A stretch of DNA of 64,000 nt. Source: an uncultured Bacteroidota bacterium. GTDB taxonomy: Bacteria > Bacteroidota > Bacteroidia > Bacteroidales > SZUA-534. Below the pieces are notes generated by a model that saw only the letters and a program-made list of their open reading frames with translations, was not told the DNA's origin and searched no databases. The position numbers and the translations under genes are program-made. The stretch's first letter is position 1. Each line of letters begins with the position of its first letter. Below, in pieces: positions 7,223 through 14,697 of this stretch. The stretch is taken from contig CAMJCK010000009.1 of the NCBI GenBank assembly GCA_946404125.1, forward strand, positions 14,006 to 78,005. The letters run 5' to 3'.

Positions 7223-9971
7223 CGGCTGCGGTGTTGTTTAAATTGTAGGCTTTCTCAAGTTTCCGCATATTCTCGTCAACACTCTGTGTTCCACGCAGAT
7301 ACTCAAACAAAAGTCCTTTTAGGTGACAATCCCAAAGTTGGCCGAAATCGCCATTGTAGTTTTTCAGTTTCAGGAAATAACTTGCGCCAATGTGGTATGC
7401 CGACGAAAGGCCTTCGATTTCTTCAATGGCGGCGTTCAGACTATCCATCCGCTTGACAGCATCGTCTTTCCACTCAAAATCATCAAGCATTGCTTTCGAA
7501 TCATCGGCAGTCACTTCCTTAAACGCGAACCTGCGGCGGAAAGCGAAATCCATACTCTCAACGCTGCGGTCGATATCGTTCATTGTACCAATGATATAGA
7601 CGTTTTCGGGAACGAAGAAGCCTTTTTTGAAAGCATCGCCATCTTCAACCATATTCTGGTACTGCGTCTGCACTCGGCCCTTCTCGCCGCGATAGCCTGG
7701 GTCAATTGAGAAGAACAACTCGCCGAAGATTTTGTTGATTTCGCCGCGGTTGATTTCGTCGATAATGAAGACAAAATTCTTTTTGGGTATCAGCGAAACT
7801 GTTTCAACTTTAGTCTTTGATTCTAAACTCTTTAACTTCTCGTAAAGAACATAAGTGTACGAGTCTTGCTGCGTGCGATATTTGCGTTGAAAATACAATT
7901 GAATGTCTTTGCTGCCCGAAATGTCAACTTTGTTTTCAAGTAGCGTTATCAAATCAGATTTTGGCAAGGCGATAACTCTCGTTTTTTCGTTTTTAGGAAT
8001 GTCAATGGTAATATGCTTCGCCTTATTTTCAATAATATGAAACACATTTTTGGTGCCTTGAGTCTCCAATTTTAAGTCGGAATCAATTGCATCTTGAACG
8101 AAATCATCTATCAAATCGCGCACAGAAGTTTCTTGTTGCAAGGTTTGTAAACTCTTTTGAGAATCAGTCAAATTTTCAAGTGCCTTTGCGCAAAACTCTT
8201 TGAAAACACCGTCTTTGCGTTCGAAGCCGACATTTCCGTTACCATCATCCAATGGCCGCAAGCCTTCGACAAAATCGGTGTAGTCGTACGACGGGTGGAA
8301 TTGGACAAAGCCGATTTCATTGTCAGTGCAACCCATTGCCTGGGCTATCTGCTTTGCCAAATAGGTTTTGCCTGTGCCTGGGGCGCCTGTCAGAATTAGG
8401 TTGTGGTTGGATTTGAGAAGCGATACGTATTTGTCAGCATTTTTCATTTTTGTTCCTCCAATTGTTTCATTCCATAATTTTAGCAACTGTTCAATATTTT
8501 CTTTTATCTCTATTCCTGAACTTTGCGGGCTCCAATCTTGTTTTGGAAGATTGTCTTTCAATGTTTTAATATCAAGAATAGGTTCTGTTTTATAATTTAA
8601 TATGCAGTCATAACTAGCATCAATATACGCTTTCGTTACGCCTTGTTCTGCTTTATCACTATCGTAATGTGGTGCAGTGTATGATTCTTTAACAACAGTT
8701 CCGTGAGCAATGATTCCTTTAGGTTCTTTTTTCCCTGTTTTCATTAAAAAAACTTCATCACCAATACGCGGTTTTGTGCTATGGCAAGTATGTGGTTCTA
8801 TGTGTGTTCCGCCACTTTTGGTCTTGCGACAAAAATCATCATAATTTTTCCATTCCCAATTTTCTGGATTCCAAGATAATAGCCAATAGTTCGTATCTGT
8901 CTCTTTTTTAATTATTTCAAGTAGTTTCGGAAAACTCTCAAAAAGTTCCCAACACACATCTTGTGCAAGCAAAAGGTTGCTTTGCAAAAGACCGTGAATA
9001 CTGCTGTTTTCAATTATTTCGTGCAATTCACTATCGTTTTCAATCAAATGAACCAATGGTTCAAGCAATTGCAAGTAATGCCCGTATTTCTTTCCCACAC
9101 TTTCTGTTGCTACGCCCAAATACTGACAGAATTTTCTATAAAAACCATCTTTGTATATAGTGTAACGCTGTGGATTACTGCACGTTAGAATTGTTGCCGC
9201 CATTCGTTCATCGTTGGCTTTACTATTATAGTTTGTATCAGACACCAAATCAGCCATTTGGGTTTTGAAAGCAGCCAACCTGTCTGTCAACGACAAAGAC
9301 TCGTCAACCAATTGGGTTAAAACAGTCTCGAATTGCGACAATTTATTGTTAACCAAATATTTCAAGACATTGTTGTCTCTAACAACATCATATAAATTAC
9401 AGAAACCACCTTGTGTGGCATTGTTAGGGTGCTTAATATGATTCTGCACTATTTCAATTGGCTTTTTCCCCTGCGTTGCTGTAATAAGTTGCCATTTGTA
9501 TATTTCGTACGCGCCTTCAGTATTGAAATCAACTTCTCTGCGGTGCGCTTTATAGGTTTCAAGCATCCGCCAATAAAGCCAATCTTTCACTGCTTCAGCC
9601 AATTCGGGGCGCAACTGCCATTCGAAAGAACCATCATCTGCACCTTTCAACGGTTTGCCTTGCCCCATAGCCACTGGCCAAAATGTGCTTTTTCCATCAG
9701 TTCCTATGAGTTCAAACCGATTCAGCCGATTTTGAACGTAACGTCCAAACTGCCAAATACTTGCATTGAGCGACGCTGGCTTTTTGCCAAACGGTTTGCC
9801 TGCCGAAACGCAACTTCCCTTATGGTCGGGCAAATAGTAAAAGCAAGCCACGGCTTCTTTGTAATTATCGCTAACTGCCTTGTCTTTAAGGAATCCCAAC
9901 CATTCGTCTTTGCTAATATCAACATCAGAACGGTAAACATCGCCGTCTTTATACTCTTGTATGGTTTCCAT
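7200..9971 (-). CDS. mcrB: McrB-family AAA+ GTPase with a long N-terminal extension including a PUA/EVE-like module
   Basis: Walker A LILTGAPGTGKTYL, Walker B FVFIIDEINRG, and McrB-specific GTMNDIDRS...FAFRRRF. Residues approx 361-500 (DNA 8472-8891) begin NYWLLSWNPENWEW, resembling EVE/PUA-like reader domains. Residues 1-350 have no assigned fold. Confidence 0.85.
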   Translation of the reverse strand: METIQEYKDGDVYRSDVDISKDEWLGFLKDKAVSDNYKEAVACFYYLPDHKGSCVSAGKPFGKKPASLNASIWQFGRYVQNRLNRFELIGTDGKSTFWPVAMGQGKPLKGADDGSFEWQLRPELAEAVKDWLYWRMLETYKAHRREVDFNTEGAYEIYKWQLITATQGKKPIEIVQNHIKHPNNATQGGFCNLYDVVRDNNVLKYLVNNKLSQFETVLTQLVDESLSLTDRLAAFKTQMADLVSDTNYNSKANDERMAATILTCSNPQRYTIYKDGFYRKFCQYLGVATESVGKKYGHYLQLLEPLVHLIENDSELHEIIENSSIHGLLQSNLLLAQDVCWELFESFPKLLEIIKKETDTNYWLLSWNPENWEWKNYDDFCRKTKSGGTHIEPHTCHSTKPRIGDEVFLMKTGKKEPKGIIAHGTVVKESYTAPHYDSDKAEQGVTKAYIDASYDCILNYKTEPILDIKTLKDNLPKQDWSPQSSGIEIKENIEQLLKLWNETIGGTKMKNADKYVSLLKSNHNLILTGAPGTGKTYLAKQIAQAMGCTDNEIGFVQFHPSYDYTDFVEGLRPLDDGNGNVGFERKDGVFKEFCAKALENLTDSQKSLQTLQQETSVRDLIDDFVQDAIDSDLKLETQGTKNVFHIIENKAKHITIDIPKNEKTRVIALPKSDLITLLENKVDISGSKDIQLYFQRKYRTQQDSYTYVLYEKLKSLESKTKVETVSLIPKKNFVFIIDEINRGEINKIFGELFFSIDPGYRGEKGRVQTQYQNMVEDGDAFKKGFFVPENVYIIGTMNDIDRSVESMDFAFRRRFAFKEVTADDSKAMLDDFEWKDDAVKRMDSLNAAIEEIEGLSSAYHIGASYFLKLKNYNGDFGQLWDCHLKGLLFEYLRGTQSVDENMRKLEKAYNLNNTAADDSDTDN

Positions 9972-9990
9972 TTTTATGTTTTTTCATTTC

Positions 9991-9998
9991 CAAATCTA
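9991..9998 (-). promoter_or_regulatory. Candidate -7 promoter box for the mcrB operon
   Basis: The minus strand reads TAGATTTG (TAnnTTTG), 20 nt upstream of the mcrB ATG (9971) and just downstream of the HIRAN-gene terminator. Confidence 0.4.
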
Positions 9999-10031
9999 AC
10001 AATAATATCTATCCCTTTCAAACTCACCCCC

Positions 10032-10062
10032 AAAAAAGCAAACGGGCTCAACGCCCGTCTGC
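10032..10062 (-). terminator. Rho-independent terminator after the HIRAN gene
   Basis: The minus strand reads GCAGACGGGC-GTTGA-GCCCGTTTGC followed by TTTTTT, 27 nt after the HIRAN stop. Confidence 0.65.
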
Positions 10063-10088
10063 AAGTTCGGCACTCAACTTTTTCGGCC

Positions 10089-10442
10089 TTATTTGGCTTC
10101 GGGGTTGCGCGCGACGGTGATTGAGAGATACACCTGATTTTCGGGGTGCGTGTCGGGCACAAGCTGGCTGATTCGGCAAGTGAACAAACTGTTCCAACCT
10201 GCTTCAAGCAAATGGGCCAAAGGCGTGTTTTCGGCACGCGGAATGTAGCCAAGCATATACGGCTCTTCATCGCCTGGTTTGTTGTACAGCACTGACACTG
10301 CGTTCGGGTCGTGGCGATTGTCGGGGTCGAGTTCCAACTGCAACTCGGTTCCAACCTTCAGTTCGTTCCAAACCAAGTCGGCATCGTAATACCTACGTCC
10401 TGCCAAGTGGCAATCCATAAAAAACTGTCTTCTTGCTCTCAT
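10089..10442 (-). CDS. Standalone HIRAN domain protein
   Basis: CHLAGRRYYDADLVW...LQLELDPDNRHDPNAVSVLY...LGYIPRAENTPLAHLLEAG matches the HIRAN pattern (VAG..YY, EPDNPYDPNAI, LGY.PR). ATG at 10442; the ORF track begins at a TTG at 10448. Confidence 0.75.
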   Translation of the reverse strand: MRARRQFFMDCHLAGRRYYDADLVWNELKVGTELQLELDPDNRHDPNAVSVLYNKPGDEEPYMLGYIPRAENTPLAHLLEAGWNSLFTCRISQLVPDTHPENQVYLSITVARNPEAK

Positions 10443-10577
10443 AATCAATACTTTTTAAAGTTAGACAATCAATTTTGAGGGCAAATAAAACAGCAACCTG
10501 TGCGAGATTGAAGCAGAGGTTTGAAAAATTTTTGAAAAAAGTGAAGATTTTTCGCAAGAATACGTTTTTACACAAAA

Positions 10578-10770
10578 CAGTCCGAAGGACTGAATTTGCA
10601 TAACCGGCCGCAAGCGTAGCGCAGCCGCCGGTTGCCAAAGCAAAAAAAGAAACACTCTGAAAGAGTGAACAATACAAAGGTTCAGTCTTTCAGACTGCAG
10701 AACTTGAGTGTACAATACCACGGGTTACGCTTCGCTTACCCGCGGTTATGAAAATATTGTCTTTCAGACA
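10578..10770. repeat. Cluster of short tri-loop hairpins / palindromes in a divergent intergenic region
   Basis: cagtcc-gaa-ggactg (10578-10592). aaccggc..gccggtt (10602-10633). cactct-gaa-agagtg (10653-10667). cagtct-ttc-agactg (10683-10697). cgggt..acccg around cgcttcgc (10721-10742). tgtct-ttc-agaca (10758-10770). The set is bracketed by the 8-bp inverted repeat cataaccg (10599-10606) / cggttatg (10743-10750). Confidence 0.6.
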
Positions 10771-10906
10771 ATTATTCTTCTCATACAAAATACAATTATG
10801 CGTTGAAATATAGTTTCTCTGTTAAATTTACAACCTACTTGCCTATGTTTTGAGCCGAATTTTCCCCAACTTTGCCATATCATTTAAAAGCGAAAACAAT
10901 CAGACT

Positions 10907-11683
10907 ATGCCGATAATAGAGAATCCGCAAACAACTAATTGCCAATGCTTTGCGCTAACGGGGCGCAACATTGTGCTGAAAGCCGACGGCAGCGCCCTTA
11001 CGCTGGCCGACCTGACTGAAATAAAAACTTTAGATAGCAATGCCGATTTGTTTGAAGAACAAGAGTTTGGCATTTGTGTTTTGAACTTCGAGACTGCCGA
11101 GCCACTGCCCGACCGTTTCGTCACAAAAACCATCCGTCAGTTCTTCAACGAGAGCGACGAGCCGACCGTTTTCCGCACATCGCGGGCAAAGGCGGTGGCC
11201 AACTGGCGGCAGAGCACGAAATTTTGCTGCACGTGTGGTGCAAAACTCATTGAGAGCAAGCAGTTTACAGCGCGCGAGTGTCCGCAGTGCGGCAAGATTC
11301 ATTTTCCGCGCATCGAGCCGTGCGTGATTGTGCTTGTGAGCCGCGGCGACAAGATTCTGCTTGCCCGCCACGTTCAGCGCAATCAGGACATCTACGCCTG
11401 CATTGCGGGATTCATTGAAGGCGGCGAGACGCCCGAGCACGCCGTTGAGCGCGAGTTGCAGGAAGAAATCGGCATCCGCGTGAAGAACATCCGCTACCGC
11501 GGCAGTCAGAGTTGGCCCTTTCCCGACCAACTAATGCTCGGATACACAGCCGATTACGAGAGCGGCGAAATCCGCCTGCAGAAAGACGAGATTGCCGACG
11601 CTGACTGGTTCAGCCGCGACAACTGCCCCGCAAGCCCGCAGCCTGGCTCGATTGCTTATAGGCTGATTCATACCATTTATTGA
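10907..11683 (+). CDS. nudC: NAD(+) diphosphatase (NADH pyrophosphatase), Nudix family
   Basis: Zinc ribbon CCTCGAKLIESKQFTARECPQCG followed by Nudix box GFIEGGETPEHAVERELQEEIGI. ATG at 10907 lies within ORF 10850-11683. Confidence 0.85.
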   Translation: MPIIENPQTTNCQCFALTGRNIVLKADGSALTLADLTEIKTLDSNADLFEEQEFGICVLNFETAEPLPDRFVTKTIRQFFNESDEPTVFRTSRAKAVANWRQSTKFCCTCGAKLIESKQFTARECPQCGKIHFPRIEPCVIVLVSRGDKILLARHVQRNQDIYACIAGFIEGGETPEHAVERELQEEIGIRVKNIRYRGSQSWPFPDQLMLGYTADYESGEIRLQKDEIADADWFSRDNCPASPQPGSIAYRLIHTIY

Positions 11684-11711
11684 AGGACTGAAGGATTGAA
11701 GGATTGAATCC
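11681..11711 (+). repeat. Tandem octamer array (tgaagga[c/t]) carrying stop triplets
   Basis: TGA at 11681 (the nudC stop itself), 11689, 11697 and 11705. Period 8, so all three frames are closed. Confidence 0.7.
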
Positions 11712-11834
11712 AATATTAATCTGTGTAAATCAGTTCAATCTGCGTCATCTGCGTTCCCGGCAAAAGCAATTCTGTGCGAGTTTGAGCATTTTTCGGCATA
11801 AAATTTGCTATTGGCTTGGCAAATTCTAAAAACA

Positions 11835-12569
11835 ATGGCTGACAAATTCAAAACCACTTTTCAGGTTTATACCAACAACGCCGACTCGCGCAAATTGGCC
11901 AAACCGGGCGCGCTGTTCGCCTATTTCATTGAAGCGGCCAGTATGCACGCCGAACGGCTCGGCATCGGGCACAAGAGCCTGCAGGACAATCACAACGCAT
12001 TTTGGGCGCTGTCGAAAGTGCATTTCGATATTTACCAAACACCGGTATGGCATCAGAAAGTAACCGTAACCACTTGGCCGTCAGGCTATAACCGATTGTT
12101 CGCTCGCCGCTATTTTCAGATTGCCGACGAAACCGGAACATTGCTTGCCGAAGGTGCATCTGATTGGGTGATAATGAGTTTCGAGAACCGCAGCCTGTGC
12201 AATGTGCAGTCGATTGTTGAGAGCATCGCACAGTTCAACCTTGAGCAGGAACACCTGAACGTGAACACCGCAAAAGTGCCGGCCGCCAACGCCGAAACGG
12301 CCGCCCAAACCACTCGCCGCGTAATGTTCAGCGACCTTGATATGAACAAGCACCTGACCAGTATGCGCTATCTCGATTGGACAATGGACTGCATCAACAT
12401 CGATTATCTTAACACGCACACGGCAAAATCTGTCGATATAAATTTTCAGCACGAAATGCCTGAAGGCGAAATTGTTACGCTCTTGTGCCAGCAAACGGGC
12501 GACAATTATGTTGTTTCGGGCGAACTTGCCAACGGAAAGACATCGTTCTCGGCAAAAATCGGATTCTGA
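11835..12569 (+). CDS. Acyl-ACP thioesterase
   Basis: MADKFKTTFQVYTNNADSRKLAKPGALFAYFIEAASMHAERLGIG plus a double hot-dog layout typical of PF01643. ATG at 11835. Confidence 0.85.
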   Translation: MADKFKTTFQVYTNNADSRKLAKPGALFAYFIEAASMHAERLGIGHKSLQDNHNAFWALSKVHFDIYQTPVWHQKVTVTTWPSGYNRLFARRYFQIADETGTLLAEGASDWVIMSFENRSLCNVQSIVESIAQFNLEQEHLNVNTAKVPAANAETAAQTTRRVMFSDLDMNKHLTSMRYLDWTMDCINIDYLNTHTAKSVDINFQHEMPEGEIVTLLCQQTGDNYVVSGELANGKTSFSAKIGF

Positions 12570-12588
12570 ACAACCGCATCAGCATAAA

Positions 12589-12616
12589 AAAAGCGCGACC
12601 AAACAGCCGCGCTTTT
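12589..12616. terminator. Bidirectional terminator hairpin between convergent genes
   Basis: aaaagcgcg (12589-12597) pairs with cgcgctttt (12608-12616). An A-run lies on one side and a T-run on the other. Confidence 0.7.
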
Positions 12617-12636
12617 ATATTTTAAACTACTGAAAA

Positions 12637-13395
12637 TCAGTTTTTCCCGACAATCATATTGTACTGAACTTTGATATAACCGTCGTTCGGGAAAATCTTG
12701 TTAGCCAGCGTGATAACCGCCTCCGCATCCTTCTTGCGCTTCTCGTTCAGAAGGTCCTGGGTGTATTTCATAATGCCGTCAACAATCAGACTTTTCACAA
12801 TCGGGTCCGGCTTGATGGTCTCATTGTTCACAATCTGCTCCGAAAGTTTGGTGCGGGCCTCGTCCATCTCGTGAGCGCCCTGTGTCTCGTTGTTCGACAT
12901 ACATTTTAGCATTCCCGAGAAGTACATAAACAGATAATCGGGAGTGCGATAGAGTTTTTCGTAGTTTTTGGCGGAAGAAGCGGCCTTGGAGTAGTTGCCC
13001 TTGTCAAAATTGGTTTTCATCTCGGCCTTCACGTGTTTCTTAATCTGGTCGATGAAATCGGTGTTTTGTGCATACAGCTCGCCTTCAACATCCTTACGGA
13101 CAAACTTTTGCGTGTACTTGACAGCCTGGCGCATACCGTCTTTGTAATCGGCGGCAATCTCCGGGTCCGACGACTCGTACAGCTTAACGTAGCACATTGC
13201 CGCATACAAGTGCGGTTCAGCTTCGCGACCAGCGGCCGGGTCCTCGCAAAGGTCTTCCGCCTTGAACAGACAGACCTCGTATTTACCTGATGTATAGAGT
13301 TTTGAGAGTTTTGCGTTATGGCCGCCTTTCACTTGGGCAAACGTGCCTACACAAACAAACAAGCACAATGATGCGCAAAGAAGTTTTAATTTCAT
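12637..13395 (-). CDS. Hypothetical secreted helical-repeat protein
   Basis: Signal peptide MKLKLLCASLCLFVCVGTFAQ, then helix-rich sequence. No family recognised. ATG at 13395 chosen because it begins the signal peptide. Confidence 0.6.
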   Translation of the reverse strand: MKLKLLCASLCLFVCVGTFAQVKGGHNAKLSKLYTSGKYEVCLFKAEDLCEDPAAGREAEPHLYAAMCYVKLYESSDPEIAADYKDGMRQAVKYTQKFVRKDVEGELYAQNTDFIDQIKKHVKAEMKTNFDKGNYSKAASSAKNYEKLYRTPDYLFMYFSGMLKCMSNNETQGAHEMDEARTKLSEQIVNNETIKPDPIVKSLIVDGIMKYTQDLLNEKRKKDAEAVITLANKIFPNDGYIKVQYNMIVGKN

Positions 13396-13537
13396 TTTTC
13401 TGAGAATTTTCTTTTGACAAAAAAAAAAAATTGAAGTCAAATTCGCAATTTTTTTATACCGATGTTATTAACAAAAAATGAATGTCGATGTGGTGACAGA
13501 TTTTGCGATTGTAAGTGGAAAAGGCGAACGGAAAACC

Positions 13538-13545
13538 TATATTTG
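13538..13545 (+). promoter_or_regulatory. Candidate -7 promoter box (TAnnTTTG)
   Basis: TATATTTG lies 20 nt upstream of the ATG at 13565. Confidence 0.45.
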
Positions 13546-13564
13546 CAATCAAATTTTCAAAATT

Positions 13565-14599
13565 ATGAGAGCAATTTTCGCATCAATGCTTGTTGTGGCC
13601 TGTATGGCCGCAAACGCGCAACCCGACAAATGGTCGTCGAAGAAATACTTTACAGTGATGAGCTACAACGTTGAGAATCTGTTTGATACGCTCAACACCA
13701 ACGGCAAGAACGATGAGGAGTTCACTCCTGCCGGCAAAAAAGAATGGACATCGGAACGCTACCAGACAAAGCTTTCACACCTGGCCGAGGTTATTGCTGC
13801 TTTGAATCCCGAAAAAGGCCAATATCCTGACATTGTGGCGATTGAAGAGGCCGAAAACATTTCGGTTCTGCGCGATTTGGCCGCACAGAAAGCCATCAGC
13901 GAGGTTGGCTACCAATGCATTCTTGAAGAAGGTCCCGACCCGCGCGGAATTGACTGCGGACTGCTATACAACTCAAAGACATTCAAATACATATCGCACC
14001 GCGCCATTCAAGTCAAACTGCGCCCTTCGGGACAGACAACGCGCGACATTCTGTATGTGAAGGGAATGGTTGACAAAGAGACTCTGCACATTTTTGTGAA
14101 CCACTGGCCGTCGCGCGTCAGCGGAAAAGAGAAAACCGAGAACAAGCGCGCACAATGCGCCGACCGCCTGAAGGAAATCACCGACTCGATTATCAAGGCC
14201 GAGCCGCAATGCAACATCCTGATTATGGGCGATATGAACGACGAACCCGACGATGAGAGCGTTCTCAACATTCTGCAAGCGAAAAGCACCACGCAATACA
14301 GCAAGCTCAATAATATAATGTATCTGCTGCTGCAGAAGAACAAAGGCAAGTTCGGCAACGGAACTTATTACTACAAAGGCGAATACTCAATGCTCGACAA
14401 CTTGATTGTGAGCAATCCGCTGCTCACCCGCACTAGCGGTTTCCGCCTTTATGAGCCAACAGGTTACATCTTCGCGCCCGACTTCATCAGCTTTAAGGAA
14501 AGCAACGGCGACATCGCTCCTTCCCGCTCATATTCAGGCAAATACTACGGCGGATATAGCGACCATTATCCTGTTTATATGATTTTTTATAAGAAGTAG
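13565..14599 (+). CDS. Endonuclease/exonuclease/phosphatase (EEP) family protein, secreted
   Basis: Signal peptide MRAIFASMLVVACMAANAQ. Has YNVENLFD, IVAIEEAEN, NHWPSR and GDMNDEPD..SDHYPV, the canonical EEP catalytic motifs. Confidence 0.8.
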   Translation: MRAIFASMLVVACMAANAQPDKWSSKKYFTVMSYNVENLFDTLNTNGKNDEEFTPAGKKEWTSERYQTKLSHLAEVIAALNPEKGQYPDIVAIEEAENISVLRDLAAQKAISEVGYQCILEEGPDPRGIDCGLLYNSKTFKYISHRAIQVKLRPSGQTTRDILYVKGMVDKETLHIFVNHWPSRVSGKEKTENKRAQCADRLKEITDSIIKAEPQCNILIMGDMNDEPDDESVLNILQAKSTTQYSKLNNIMYLLLQKNKGKFGNGTYYYKGEYSMLDNLIVSNPLLTRTSGFRLYEPTGYIFAPDFISFKESNGDIAPSRSYSGKYYGGYSDHYPVYMIFYKK

Positions 14600-14666
14600 T
14601 GAAGGTTGAGAAAGTTTAGTTTTTGACATCAGACTACAGACATCAGACATTTATATTTTCAATAAG

Positions 14667-14695
14667 TCAATCCTTCAATCCTTCAATCCTTCAAT
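14667..14695. repeat. Tandem octamer array tcaatcct x3.6 abutting the uvrB start
   Basis: tcaatcct repeated with period 8. Its reverse complement carries TGA in all three minus-strand frames. TAA at 14695-14697 directly precedes the uvrB ATG. Confidence 0.7.
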
Positions 14696-14697
14696 AA

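Noticed and set aside
9411-10124. 237-aa plus-strand ORF overlapping the 5' part of mcrB and the HIRAN terminator region
   Set aside because: It is antisense to a gene with strong McrB-family context and spans a terminator and promoter region. Its low-complexity product has no motifs.
10393-10721. Two overlapping minus-strand ORFs (94 and 86 aa) across the hairpin cluster
   Set aside because: The sequence is dominated by palindromes and word repeats. The ORFs overlap the HIRAN start region and each other, and nothing supports coding.
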